From a virus (lineage: Duplodnaviria; Caudoviricetes), in the IMG/VR virus record IMGVR_UViG_3300037117_000093, positions 1 to 58,168 of that record: a DNA stretch of 58,168 bases; one strand, 5' to 3'. Shown here piece after piece: positions 8,449 to 18,120 of this stretch; the first letter of the stretch is position 1; each line of letters begins with the position of its first letter. The position numbers and the translations under genes are program-made. Under the pieces are notes generated by a model. The model was not told where the DNA came from, did not search any database, and worked only from the letters and a program-made list of their open reading frames with translations.

Positions 8449-10800
8449 CTACGCCACCCGCGCCTGCGGTTCAAGCTTGCCGATCGGCTTTGCCATGTCG
8501 CCGGTCTTCAGCCATTCCTTGAATGCCGCGACCGACAATTCCGTCACCCCGCCGAAGTGCGCGCGCCCGTCCGCAGGGTCGTCCCAGCCGGCGAGATAAT
8601 CGGCCAGCGCCTCAGCCTCGCTCTTGTAGCCGAGCATGCACTTCGTCTCGTCGAACTGCCCGGCCGTGTGCCCGTGCCGAGTGTTCGCGTGCACTTGGTC
8701 GATGACCCAGACGCGATCAGATTTCGGGTGCACCCCCATGTAGCAATCGACCTGCATCCCGTCGTTGCCGAGCGTGCCGCGGATGTAGCCGTAATGCGCC
8801 GGCATCACGACATGATGGTGCACGCCCTCTGCGTCGGTCACGTGCCGGGTGCGGCCGGAGGCGTTCTCGATCGTCAGGTCGAGTCCGTTCCACGCGATAT
8901 GACCCTTCGGATAGACGCCGCTGTCGATTTGCGCGGGCGACGGATTTGGCAGCGCCTTGTCAGCCTCGCGAGCAATCTGGTTTGCCAGGTGGCCCTTGGC
9001 GACGGCGCCGTGCTTCTTCGCCCATTTACGCCGGCAAATGCCGCACACCAGCCGGCCACCGCAGGTCTTCGGATTGTGCTGCTTTGCCACCGGGTCGCCC
9101 TGATCGTACCAAACGAGACCGGTCCCGGTCGAAACCGTATCCGCCTTCGCGATGAACTTCGCGGCAATGGCCGGCGGCGTGCGCTGGCGCGCTGGCGGCT
9201 TGCCCTTAGCCCCGCCGCCGGCAGGGACTTGCTTGGGGTCACGCCCCCTCGGCGCGCCACCCGGAATCCCAGGAGGCAGCGCGACGGGGGCCGGCGGCGG
9301 AGTTGGTGGATTGAGCACGCTTTCGAGCGTCACGACGATGCCGCCGGCCGCAACCGTCGGCTCGACGCCCTGCCCGTCCGGCAGCGGTTCCTCGCCGAGG
9401 TCGGCCCGGCATTCGTCGCGCGAGCGCAGCCCGGAGTTAAGCTGGATTTGATGCACCTGCGCCTGCTTCAGCGGATCGACCTCGGGCCGCTGGTCCCACG
9501 CCATTTCCACTTCGTCATAGCCGAAGCGGTCCTGGATCAGATGGTCGATGAGGTCTTCCTTGACGAACTTCATCAGGGGCCGCAGCCCCTCTTGCTCGGC
9601 GGCATCCTGCGCCTGGACCGCGGTATCTCGGTTCATCTGGCGGATGAAAGGCGACGGGGGCACGCTGAACACGTAGCAGACCAGCCTGATCCACATCTCA
9701 TCGATCGGCGCGTACATCTCGCCGCCGTTGGCGCTCTTGATCTCAAACGGCTTCATGCCGTCCGGGACGAACTGCACCTTCGATTTTCGGCTGAGGTTGC
9801 CGGAGTTCTGCGCGTCGAAATGCGCCTGGAAAGCCGCAATCTGCCGCACGCCCCACGCAGCCGGCACCGACATGATCATGTCGGGTATCGTGCCGTCTTC
9901 CCAATATTTGACCTCGTAGAAGGTCTTGCGAACGGCAGCCGTCGCTTCGCACAGGATCTGCGCGCAGGGACTGTATCCAAATACGGGTAAATAAGGCAAA
10001 GGCCGCATCGGCTTCCGTATAAGTTCAGTCTCGTCAAGGTTTACGATGGGCAAACCCTTGATGATTTGCTGATAGGCAGGCTGTGGCGCATCTGGTGTTC
10101 TTCCGGCGTCGTCGATCATCGGGAAAAGAGTCGCGGCATCAATTATTTCTGCTGTAATAGGACGCCCCATCCTGTCTCGGTTCCCGACATAAAGCGCTGG
10201 GCAATCCAGGATGAACAGGTCGTCCATCCACATGCGCATCCACTGGTCGAAAGAATGCTTACCGTCCGGCCGTTTCAGGAAATCGGCTATTTCCTTCGTC
10301 CATTTGCTTTCCTGTTTCGGCTTGCCGCGCACCTGGATCGTCCAGGGGATCGTGAGAAGCTGGTCCTTGCGTGTTTCGATGATCGCCGACAGAAAGCCCC
10401 AACTCGACCGCATCGCGCGGAGCATCTGGAAAAACTCGAACTGCTCCGGGATGAAGTTGAGGTTGTAGCCGACCGTGTAATCGAAGTCGCGCGGCCGGGT
10501 GACCGAGGGCGGCCCGTATGGCGCCACCGGCTGCATCGGCCCGAACCAGTTCGCCCCAACATCAACGTCGTGGATCGTGTCGGGCGGCTGCACCGGGCGC
10601 TCTCCGGTGTATTTGCTCTCGCCAGTGGGCTGCTGCTCAGTCGGGTGGCGCAGCGCCTCGGACAGCGCGGAGCGACGGGCGCTATCCGCCTGCCGCTCAG
10701 CCTGCGCGCTGCGCACCGGCGCCATGCGCGCGCCCGGCACCATCGCCGGCGTCTTCTGCATCGTGCGGGTCTGCGGCCCGCGGCGCGACTTGCGGCTCAT
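8449..10800 (-). CDS. Phage portal protein fused to a C-terminal inorganic-pyrophosphatase-like (InPase) domain
   Basis: Portal motifs (VFGYSP, EGLRPL, SRDECRADLGEEP); C-terminal YPKGH..GLDLTIEN..MPAHYGYIRGT.GNDG.QVDCYMG..DETKCMLG..FKEWL. Confidence 0.9.
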   Translation of the reverse strand: MSRKSRRGPQTRTMQKTPAMVPGARMAPVRSAQAERQADSARRSALSEALRHPTEQQPTGESKYTGERPVQPPDTIHDVDVGANWFGPMQPVAPYGPPSVTRPRDFDYTVGYNLNFIPEQFEFFQMLRAMRSSWGFLSAIIETRKDQLLTIPWTIQVRGKPKQESKWTKEIADFLKRPDGKHSFDQWMRMWMDDLFILDCPALYVGNRDRMGRPITAEIIDAATLFPMIDDAGRTPDAPQPAYQQIIKGLPIVNLDETELIRKPMRPLPYLPVFGYSPCAQILCEATAAVRKTFYEVKYWEDGTIPDMIMSVPAAWGVRQIAAFQAHFDAQNSGNLSRKSKVQFVPDGMKPFEIKSANGGEMYAPIDEMWIRLVCYVFSVPPSPFIRQMNRDTAVQAQDAAEQEGLRPLMKFVKEDLIDHLIQDRFGYDEVEMAWDQRPEVDPLKQAQVHQIQLNSGLRSRDECRADLGEEPLPDGQGVEPTVAAGGIVVTLESVLNPPTPPPAPVALPPGIPGGAPRGRDPKQVPAGGGAKGKPPARQRTPPAIAAKFIAKADTVSTGTGLVWYDQGDPVAKQHNPKTCGGRLVCGICRRKWAKKHGAVAKGHLANQIAREADKALPNPSPAQIDSGVYPKGHIAWNGLDLTIENASGRTRHVTDAEGVHHHVVMPAHYGYIRGTLGNDGMQVDCYMGVHPKSDRVWVIDQVHANTRHGHTAGQFDETKCMLGYKSEAEALADYLAGWDDPADGRAHFGGVTELSVAAFKEWLKTGDMAKPIGKLEPQARVA

Positions 10801-11021
10801 GGTTCGGCCTTTTCAACCAGCGCGCTCATAAAGGATATTTTTGTCTGATTGAGCATTGTTGCCCGCGAGAGGCGCTGGAACTTTTCGGCCGCCTCGCTTT
10901 CGTTTCGAGCACGAATGACGGTAAGACCGCTGATCGTCCACGCAAATGCGAAATCGCTATAAAGGCGCGGCTGGTTGATGGCGCGATCGGTGAGGTACCG
11001 GGTGTCATTGGGCGGCAACAC
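10797..11021 (-). CDS. Small chimeric protein; N-terminus resembles the start of a prokaryotic E2 (E2_E)
   Basis: GTG start with GGGAG RBS; MLPPNDTRYLTDRAI... Confidence 0.5.
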   Translation of the reverse strand: MLPPNDTRYLTDRAINQPRLYSDFAFAWTISGLTVIRARNESEAAEKFQRLSRATMLNQTKISFMSALVEKAEP

Positions 11022-11397
11022 GGTGGCGCTCCCAAAGCGATGCTCCTTTGCCCGGGTTGATCTGGGCTGGCGCGATAAAGAAGCGCAACCCACTCCGGAT
11101 TTCGACAACTTCATCGTTGCTGATCTTTCGATCAGACCCGCCGGGCACGACCTCAAACAGGTCGCGATCCGGTCCGATCGGCGTGGGAGGGACGTGGCGA
11201 AGTTCCTCGCCGGTCATTCGCTCTTTGTGGACCGCGTATTCTGTCCTGTCGATCTGGATACGATAGCTCCCTTCATGGTGGTGCTCGTGCTCGTGCTCGT
11301 GCTCGGTGCAATTCCGGCATGTCAGCGCCTCGCCGAACCTGAAATGCGTGCGGCAAACGACGCAAACCCACGGCTGCGCCATCAGGTCATCGTTCAC
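11005..11397 (-). CDS. Multiubiquitin-type ubiquitin-like protein with N-terminal CxxC-CxxC and His/Glu tract
   Basis: YRIQIDR...MTGEELR...DLFEVVPGGSDRKI...VEIRSGLRFF.AP..INPG beta-grasp signature. Confidence 0.8.
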   Translation of the reverse strand: MNDDLMAQPWVCVVCRTHFRFGEALTCRNCTEHEHEHEHHHEGSYRIQIDRTEYAVHKERMTGEELRHVPPTPIGPDRDLFEVVPGGSDRKISNDEVVEIRSGLRFFIAPAQINPGKGASLWERHRVAAQ

Positions 11398-11585
11398 AGC
11401 GCCGCCTTCCTCGCCTCGTCGAACGCGCGCCGAACATCGATGTCATCGATCAGCCGCACGATAACAGAGCGCCGGCTTATAAGTGCCTCGTCAGAACGAT
11501 TGCGAACGGCATCGTCAAGAACGTTCCCCAAGACCTCGCGCGCGCGGATCAGCAATTCATCGGTCGAGGGTGCATTGTCGGTCAC
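11394..11585 (-). CDS. Hypothetical protein
   Basis: Coupled ORF; start uncertain. Confidence 0.5.
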   Translation of the reverse strand: MTDNAPSTDELLIRAREVLGNVLDDAVRNRSDEALISRRSVIVRLIDDIDVRRAFDEARKAAL

Positions 11586-11589
11586 GATC

Positions 11590-11796
11590 TCACGCTCCCC
11601 CAAAGCCATCATGACACGAACCGACCGGATGACCGCACCCGCATCGAAGCAAGCCAATAACAGCACGCGCGCAGGAAAGCGCAGCGTCATTTGGCTGTAG
11701 CGGCGCACCACCGTCGCGGAAAGACTGCTCAAATGCCCCAAGCGCGAACGGCACGAGGGCCATCGCGATAGCGATTTCATCAACGGTAGCATTCAC
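11590..11796 (-). CDS. Hypothetical protein
   Basis: Fills gap after terL; start uncertain. Confidence 0.4.
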   Translation of the reverse strand: MNATVDEIAIAMALVPFALGAFEQSFRDGGAPLQPNDAALSCARAVIGLLRCGCGHPVGSCHDGFGGA

Positions 11797-13543
11797 GGTG
11801 CCAGGCATCGACGCCATCAGAAATCCTCTCAGCCCCCAGCGGCTTGCCGCAATGATGACACACTTCCGGCGGCGCCTGCAAATCCCGCAGCGCTATCTCG
11901 TAAAGCTCGGCGCCATCAGCCTCAGCCGCAGGCCGATCCGCCTCAGCGTCCACGTCCTTGTGCCACGGCAATTTCCGAGCTTCCGGCGTCAGCCGCTCCG
12001 GCCGGCTGCGGTCAACCAGCGGCCGGCGAGCCTCCTCGGCGTAGAACTTCATCACCGCCTCGCCGCTGAAGCCGTCCACGGCCCCGGCATAGACCAAGCT
12101 GTCGCCCTTGTCCGGCGAACGCTTCAGCCGGTCCATGATTTCCTCTTTGCTCTCAACTTGCCACCCGCGCGTCGTCAGCTTGCGCCGGGGCGCCGTCAAG
12201 TCGGCGAGCAACTCGCGATCCGGCGGCAACGCCCAATCGTCGCCGTATTCCGGGTCGAGCGCCTCCCTGGCCCGGCAATACCATTCCGCCCGCTTGTTGT
12301 AGAAGCCGACCAGCCCCGAGCGGTCGCGCGCCGTCGATGCGCCGGAGCCGACCATGCCGACCATGTTGAGGCCGCTCATCTCGCCGATATCGACCGGCGA
12401 CGACCCGACACCAATCACGTCGATTTGCACCGGCGTATGCTTGCCCGGCTTTTCCTCGAGCACGGCCTCAATGACGCTCTGCCCATTCGGCGTCAGATGG
12501 CCCGCGATCACCCGTTGCCGAGCGAACCAATAATCGTGCCGACGGGTGATGACCGTGCGGTCCCGCCCGCCGCGCGCCACGTCAACCCCGAGTGCAGACA
12601 GCACCGGCGAGGGCGGATCGTCCGTCCAGCGCTCCATCGCCATCTCAACCCACGCGGTCGGGATGACCTGGTAGGCGTCATCCTCAACCCCGGCCTGAAA
12701 ATCGCCGTCGAGCATCTGCGAGCGGAACGGCTCGTCGAGCGCCTGCAGCGTCGCCTCGTAGCGCGTGCCGCGAAGGTAGATGTTGTCCTTGACGCGGCTC
12801 GGAATGAAGGTCCGCGACTGCGGCAGGATCAGGCGATCTCCGATGCGCATCTGATCAGGACCGTCAACCGCCATATCGCGACCGTTAGCGTCGGTAGCGT
12901 ACCAACGCAACTCGCCGGGCTCGGCCGGGTGCGGGTGTTTCTTGTCCAGCCACGGGCCGAAGTAATCAAGCAACCACATACCGACCGCGCTCGTCGGCGG
13001 GTTGAACGCAATGACGGCGCGCGTCCGCTGCCCGCGAAGCGTCGTGCGCAACCACGCCAGGATGAACAGCACGACGGCGCGCGGAAAATGCTCGCCCTGG
13101 TCAAAGCCAATGAAATCGTGCGGGCGCCCTTGGAGCTTAAGCATGTCCGCGTCGTGGTGCACGCTGATGAATTCCAGCACGCGCGCGTCAGAGAAGCGCC
13201 AGCGGCCTCCCGTGCTGTCGGCGCGCCACGTTGCGCCGAGCGGTAGAAATATCTCGCGCGCTCGGTCGATCAGCGCCGAGAACTCGTTGCCGGCTCGGCG
13301 ATAGATAACGCTGCGCTGATGCTGTTGATGGGCGATGCCGAGCAAAGCGTCGGACTTACCACCCCCGAGCGCGCCACCCAGGCCGAGGATATCCGCAGCG
13401 CTATTGTAGGCGAGTTCCTGCGGCCCTGGCTGCGGCGTCCAGCGGTCCGGCTCCTTCAGCTCCGCTTCGATCCTCGTCAGCAGCAAGCGTAGCTCTGAGC
13501 GAGGTAGCGAATTCAGCGAGCTGCTCTTTGGTAAGTCGCTCAA
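11780..13543 (-). CDS. terL: Terminase large subunit
   Basis: PQPGPQ; Walker A GGALGGGKS; FIGFDQ; NPP; nuclease LGVDVARGGRD; SPDKGD. Confidence 0.93.
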   Translation of the reverse strand: MSDLPKSSSLNSLPRSELRLLLTRIEAELKEPDRWTPQPGPQELAYNSAADILGLGGALGGGKSDALLGIAHQQHQRSVIYRRAGNEFSALIDRAREIFLPLGATWRADSTGGRWRFSDARVLEFISVHHDADMLKLQGRPHDFIGFDQGEHFPRAVVLFILAWLRTTLRGQRTRAVIAFNPPTSAVGMWLLDYFGPWLDKKHPHPAEPGELRWYATDANGRDMAVDGPDQMRIGDRLILPQSRTFIPSRVKDNIYLRGTRYEATLQALDEPFRSQMLDGDFQAGVEDDAYQVIPTAWVEMAMERWTDDPPSPVLSALGVDVARGGRDRTVITRRHDYWFARQRVIAGHLTPNGQSVIEAVLEEKPGKHTPVQIDVIGVGSSPVDIGEMSGLNMVGMVGSGASTARDRSGLVGFYNKRAEWYCRAREALDPEYGDDWALPPDRELLADLTAPRRKLTTRGWQVESKEEIMDRLKRSPDKGDSLVYAGAVDGFSGEAVMKFYAEEARRPLVDRSRPERLTPEARKLPWHKDVDAEADRPAAEADGAELYEIALRDLQAPPEVCHHCGKPLGAERISDGVDAWHRECYR

Positions 13544-14123
13544 TGACCTGCTCCAGGCTCAGCTTGCCGGTGTGCTCGATCGGCGCCAGGCGAGCATGGA
13601 TATAGGGCGCCGCAGCCTTGCACGCGTCGAGAACGATCGCTTCGCGCGCCGGGTCGTGCCGATTGCGCGCGATAATCCGCAGCATTTCGTCGAGCGGCAC
13701 GATGCCGGCAATCGAGATTGCCTCGGCGATCAGGTGCGCCGGCTGCGCGGCAAGCTCGTGGCTCTGCGGCGCGCCTTGCGTGCGATGCGTGCTGTGAACG
13801 CTGGGTCGCGTGCTGATCTTCGGCGGCGGCAGCACACGTTCGCCGGTCTTCTGCTCAATGCGCTGGATCGTTTTTGAAATGCTCTGGTAGTGGCAGGCGA
13901 GAGCCTCAGCGATCGACCGCATCGTTTCGCCGGCTCGGCGGCGACGGACAATCTCTTGATCCCGCAGGAGAAGATCAACTCTGTTGAGGAGCGGCTTCCC
14001 CATCGGACCGCGGGCGACAACATAGGGCGTTCCGGCAGGCGATGGCGCGGTGACAGGCTTCGGCTTTGCCTTCGATCCCTTCGGCCGGCCGCGCGGGCGG
14101 CCTGTCGGGACGTAGACGCTCAT
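13401..14123 (-). CDS. terS: Terminase small subunit (AT-hook + HTH)
   Basis: GRPRGRPKGSK; HTH; AKAAAPYIH-like motif (CKAAAPYIHARL); overlaps terL. Confidence 0.75.
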   Translation of the reverse strand: MSVYVPTGRPRGRPKGSKAKPKPVTAPSPAGTPYVVARGPMGKPLLNRVDLLLRDQEIVRRRRAGETMRSIAEALACHYQSISKTIQRIEQKTGERVLPPPKISTRPSVHSTHRTQGAPQSHELAAQPAHLIAEAISIAGIVPLDEMLRIIARNRHDPAREAIVLDACKAAAPYIHARLAPIEHTGKLSLEQVIERLTKEQLAEFATSLRATLAADEDRSGAEGAGPLDAAARAAGTRLQ

Positions 14124-14359
14124 TGCGCCATCGCCGGCCGACGCTCGCCGCACCAGTCAGTCGGCGCGACGGTCTGCCAGAACGGTCCGCGCGGCGCATC
14201 ATCATTCGATCGGGGATCGCCAGGCTCGGCGACCTTGCGCAATGGCCGACCCGGCTCCGCTTCGGCGAGCGACGGCGGAAAGCGGTGGCACGCTCCTGCC
14301 GCCTCGATATCGGCGACCGGAGCGAAATAGCGGCAGGTGGCGCACATTGGGCTTGACAT
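14120..14359 (-). CDS. Small Cys-rich phage protein
   Basis: CATCRYF..GACHRFPP..DWCGE pattern. Confidence 0.7.
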   Translation of the reverse strand: MSSPMCATCRYFAPVADIEAAGACHRFPPSLAEAEPGRPLRKVAEPGDPRSNDDAPRGPFWQTVAPTDWCGERRPAMAQ

Positions 14360-14487
14360 GGCGCGCACCATACGCCGCGCGAGGATGGTTTGGCAAATCT
14401 TCGTATCTGATTACAATTTATCTTGCGCTTATCAAGAATGGCTGCACGATCACGGCTTCTAAAACGAACCGCCAACCCATCAGCGAG

Positions 14488-14505
14488 CGGCGCCTTCGGG
14501 CGCCG
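14488..14505. terminator. GC-rich hairpin
   Basis: CGGCGCC-TTCG-GGCGCCG. Confidence 0.4.
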
Positions 14506-14510
14506 TTCTG

Positions 14511-14690
14511 CTATTCGATCTCCCGCGCCGAAACCCCTAGCAGCTTTTGCAGCGCCAGCATATCGCGCCGCCACAGCCGCGACGACGGATCACGCCGCGC
14601 CATCGTCTCAGCCGCGCGCCGGCTCACGCCGCCCTCAAACTCATAGATCGCCGCGCGCTCGCTCTCGTCATCCGTCAACGGCTCGGCCAT
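14511..14690 (-). CDS. Small protein with ERAAIxEFEGG motif (59 aa, not in ORF track)
   Basis: Manual translation MAEPLTDDESERAAIYEFEGGVSRRAAE...; GGGGGA RBS. Confidence 0.65.
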   Translation of the reverse strand: MAEPLTDDESERAAIYEFEGGVSRRAAETMARRDPSSRLWRRDMLALQKLLGVSAREIE

Positions 14691-14824
14691 TCCGTCCCCC
14701 CTGCGTCTAAATGAGAAATCTCTGGCAGATCAGACATTTGGCCTACCGCTGCGAGGCCTTTTCAGGTTTGCGCCTAAATGATCCTAACGCCCTCTGTTGT
14801 GCCGCATTGTACCGCGCGGTACAT

Positions 14825-15367
14825 CTATTCCGCCGGCAACGGGTCGAGCTCGATCCGCCGCTCCCCAACGATCACCGTAACCCTGATCCCGTTCCGCCGC
14901 ACCAAATCCAGGTGATGCGCAAACGCCGGCTCGCGCCACGCATTCGGATGCTCCGGCTCCACGTTGACGTACAGGTGCTTCGGATCGCTCACCGGGTCGC
15001 CCCGCGGTCCCAACACAACGCCGCTCAGGTTCGGCCGCATCTCGCGCGGCATCCGCTCGCCAGGGTCCGCCCGGTCCTGCGAGGCAAGCCAGTCGCACTT
15101 GAATTGCCCGCACGCGGCCAGCGCGGGGCATATGGGCGCCGTACAGCGGCCTAAAGCGTTCGGGCAGTCGTCGCACGGCTCCGGCGCTTCAGGCGCATCA
15201 CCAGCCTCCGCGTGGGCATAATCGGGCATCTGCGGCTTCTGCTCATGCACCGCGCAGCCGCCGTGCGGGCGCACGCAGTGCCAGCACCAGGCGCCGCTCG
15301 GCTTAGATAGGTCAGTGATGCTGAGCAATCGACAGCACGAGTTGCAGGTGCCGCACGAGAAGGTCAT
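14825..15367 (-). CDS. YkgJ-like CxxCxxCC cysteine-cluster protein
   Basis: CGTCNSCCR..CWHC..GCAVH..CGQFKCDWL..RP..GVV..PNAWR; start may be further upstream. Confidence 0.75.
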   Translation of the reverse strand: MTFSCGTCNSCCRLLSITDLSKPSGAWCWHCVRPHGGCAVHEQKPQMPDYAHAEAGDAPEAPEPCDDCPNALGRCTAPICPALAACGQFKCDWLASQDRADPGERMPREMRPNLSGVVLGPRGDPVSDPKHLYVNVEPEHPNAWREPAFAHHLDLVRRNGIRVTVIVGERRIELDPLPAE

Positions 15368-16040
15368 TAGCGACCTCGCAGCAATTTTGTTTCGCTCGTC
15401 ATCGCGCACCCGCGCCCACCCGCACACGCATATACACCATCCTATAAGGCCGGGGCGCACTTTAAGTCGGTGCACGTCTGCGCTGTCGCGCAGCGCCGCA
15501 GTCGCCGATCGCTTGCCGCTCACCGATGGCAGCGCATTTACCGGCAGGCGGGTACCAAGGCCAAGCGGCCCAGCGTGCGAAGCACACCACCAAACCAAGC
15601 CCGCCCGGTTCGCTCTGAACCATCGAAACATCAACATGAAGGCCTAACCGCACCGTCGGCGGCTGAGAGGGCGATGATGGTCGGAAGCGACGATCGAGTT
15701 CCGGCAAGCGCTACACGCAATAGCGCTGATGGAATGCGCTCCGCCCTCGCGCATGGAAGCCCTTAACGCGCGCCCGCGCGCCTGAGAGGGGCGGCGTGGT
15801 GCACGGGCTTCCCCGCGGAGGGCCGGCCGAGCATGCCGGGACTTCTTGCTCCTGGGGGCCTGGAAGGGGGCGTTACCCTCGGCTCGCTTACGGGGTGACC
15901 GGCAGAAAAATCTAAACGGTTGGTCCCCACTCGTCTGTCGATGGTTGTTTGCCACGGCGCGACGGTGCGAGATTTTCCATCAATCCCTCGCGGAAGGGTC
16001 ACCGACTCAAAAGGGAAGGATGGATCAGGCTATGGAAATT

Positions 16041-16235
16041 TCATTCTCGTCGGCGGCGCTTGCTCCTGAATGTTAGAGGTTTCACCGCGATTGATCCGAA
16101 GCCTTTTTCGTCGCTCCATTTGCGCTTTCGCGGCGTGGCGGAGGGCGGAACGGCTTCGATATTGTGAGGACGCGCCAGCGCAATTTCGAAAGAAATGCGG
16201 GCTTGATTTCTTTGCGCCTTTGATATAGATGTCAT
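16041..16235 (-). CDS. Small basic hypothetical protein
   Basis: ATGA-coupled start MTSISKAQ. Confidence 0.45.
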   Translation of the reverse strand: MTSISKAQRNQARISFEIALARPHNIEAVPPSATPRKRKWSDEKGFGSIAVKPLTFRSKRRRRE

Positions 16236-16347
16236 TCTGTCTCCGCGAGGCGCTCGACACGCCGATGACCGGCAGACTGCTGCAAGCGCCGCGAGCTTGT
16301 CAAGCACAATTCGGGCCGCTCTGGGAAACCAGGGCGGCCCGTTTGCG

Positions 16348-17796
16348 TCATCGCCGTGCCTTCGTCCATGCGATTTGTTGTGATCTGATCCATTCCGAAA
16401 CCGGCATAGAGATATTCGTCGGCAAGACAGATCTGGAGCGCGGCCAAACGCCTACCGCTTCGCGGTATTTGTGCGCCGCCCAGCCTGGCTTATAGCCGCG
16501 ATCGGAGGCATAGCGAGCGAGTTGCGAATGGAATTCGCCAAGCGGGAAACATTGCCCGGAAACCTCGATCTGGCCTTTTCCGATCCGGCAAAGGCCGCCA
16601 GCCGTACGCAGTTCCTCAAGCTCGGCAGCGTCGTGCTCAATCACCTCGCGCTTACGAATAAATCCGTCCTCATTTTCCCATTTCGGCGCCGGCGGGGAGG
16701 GTTTTTTCTTCTCGCCGCGATCGAGTTCGGAATGGTGGATATCGGTCACAAACCCAAGGCGCAGCGTCGTGTCGCTGTGGTCGAGGATGAGGCAGTCGGA
16801 TTTTCCGGCAGCCGTGCGCAGGCCGCGACCGATAATCTGGACGTACAGCATTTCGCTTTTCGTCGGGCGCACGAGGCTGATGCACCGGACATCCCAATCG
16901 ACGCCCGTCGAAAGTGTTCCGATGTTGCAAACCACGCGGACGGCCCCGCTGTGGAAATCGCGCTTAATCCGCGCGCGTTCATCCTTTGGCGTGTCGGCAT
17001 CCTGATAGGCCGCCGGAATGCCGGCGCTGAGGAAATCCTCTTGCATCGCCTTGGCGTGAGCGCAGTCGACACCGAAGACCAGCGTCGGCCGGTTCTCGGC
17101 GAGCTTCGTCCAGGTATCGGTCACGTTGCCGTTAAGTCCGACTTGGTTCATGGCCTCGGAAAGCTGGCCTTCGTGATAATCCCCGGCAACGATCTTGACG
17201 TGCGACAGGTCAGGATGCGCCGCGGCGAACACGCGGAACGGGCTCAGGTGACCGCGATCGATCAGGCCCTGGGTCGTCGCCGAGATGATCAGATCGTCGA
17301 AATGCTTGCCCAGGCCTTTTGTCCAAGGCGTTGCCGACAGCCCGATAAATGGAATGGTGCTCCATGCCGGATCGGCCATCCATTTTGCATAATGGTCATA
17401 CCAGCGGTGGCACTCGTCGATGATGACGAGGTCGGCCTGCGGGTAGGGGCGCCGGGTCAGCGTTTGCACGCTGGCGATCTGAACCGGCCGCGACCAGTCC
17501 GTTTCCGCATGATCCGCCTGAATGACGCCGATATCGGCTAGGCCGTCGGCCCAGAAGCTTTCGAGCGTCTGGTCGATGAGGCTGAGCGCCGGCACGCAAA
17601 AGACGACGCGCTTATCCCTGTCGCGCGCGCTCCGCAGGATGTGCGAGGCAAGCACGGTCTTGCCGTAGCCGGTCGGCGCCTGCAGCACCGGGCGCCGGTG
17701 TCCGCTGCCCAGCGACAGGCGCAGCGCCTCGATGGCCTCAGCCTGATAATCCCGAAGCTCGCGCGGCGCTCCCGCTTTGCGTAGAAGGTCCGTCAT
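16348..17796 (-). CDS. SF2 DEAD/DEAH helicase (RadD/YejH-like)
   Basis: LRDYQ, APTGYGKT, DECH, GLSATP, TGVD, QIIGRGLR. Confidence 0.95.
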   Translation of the reverse strand: MTDLLRKAGAPRELRDYQAEAIEALRLSLGSGHRRPVLQAPTGYGKTVLASHILRSARDRDKRVVFCVPALSLIDQTLESFWADGLADIGVIQADHAETDWSRPVQIASVQTLTRRPYPQADLVIIDECHRWYDHYAKWMADPAWSTIPFIGLSATPWTKGLGKHFDDLIISATTQGLIDRGHLSPFRVFAAAHPDLSHVKIVAGDYHEGQLSEAMNQVGLNGNVTDTWTKLAENRPTLVFGVDCAHAKAMQEDFLSAGIPAAYQDADTPKDERARIKRDFHSGAVRVVCNIGTLSTGVDWDVRCISLVRPTKSEMLYVQIIGRGLRTAAGKSDCLILDHSDTTLRLGFVTDIHHSELDRGEKKKPSPPAPKWENEDGFIRKREVIEHDAAELEELRTAGGLCRIGKGQIEVSGQCFPLGEFHSQLARYASDRGYKPGWAAHKYREAVGVWPRSRSVLPTNISMPVSEWIRSQQIAWTKARR

Positions 17797-18120
17797 CTGC
17801 GGGCTTGCGTTTCGTTCGGGGAAATGCGATTTGTCATGTACGCCTTGGCGAAGGCGGTTATTCCGAGACTGGGCTGACAGGCCCGCCGGAACGAGACAAG
17901 GCTAAACCGGGCGCCAAGCCCACGTCAAGCCCCTCGATGAGGCGCCCGCCCTTCCTTCCATGGGGATACGGCGGGCGTTTTCATGTCCACCTTCCGCAGC
18001 TCGGGCCGCTGGCGCTCGTAATCGCGCGCTCAGCGGTCTCTCACCAGCGTGGCAACGCTGATCGCGACCCGGCGCTCGCCGCGGTCCGCTTCGGTCGCTT
18101 CGTGGTATTCCGTCCACATT

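Noticed and set aside
8248-9990. Long + strand ORFs (also 11798..13246, 16471..17541, 28718..30190, 46164..47201)
   Set aside because: Antisense shadows of well-supported genes in GC-rich DNA; Arg-rich with no motifs
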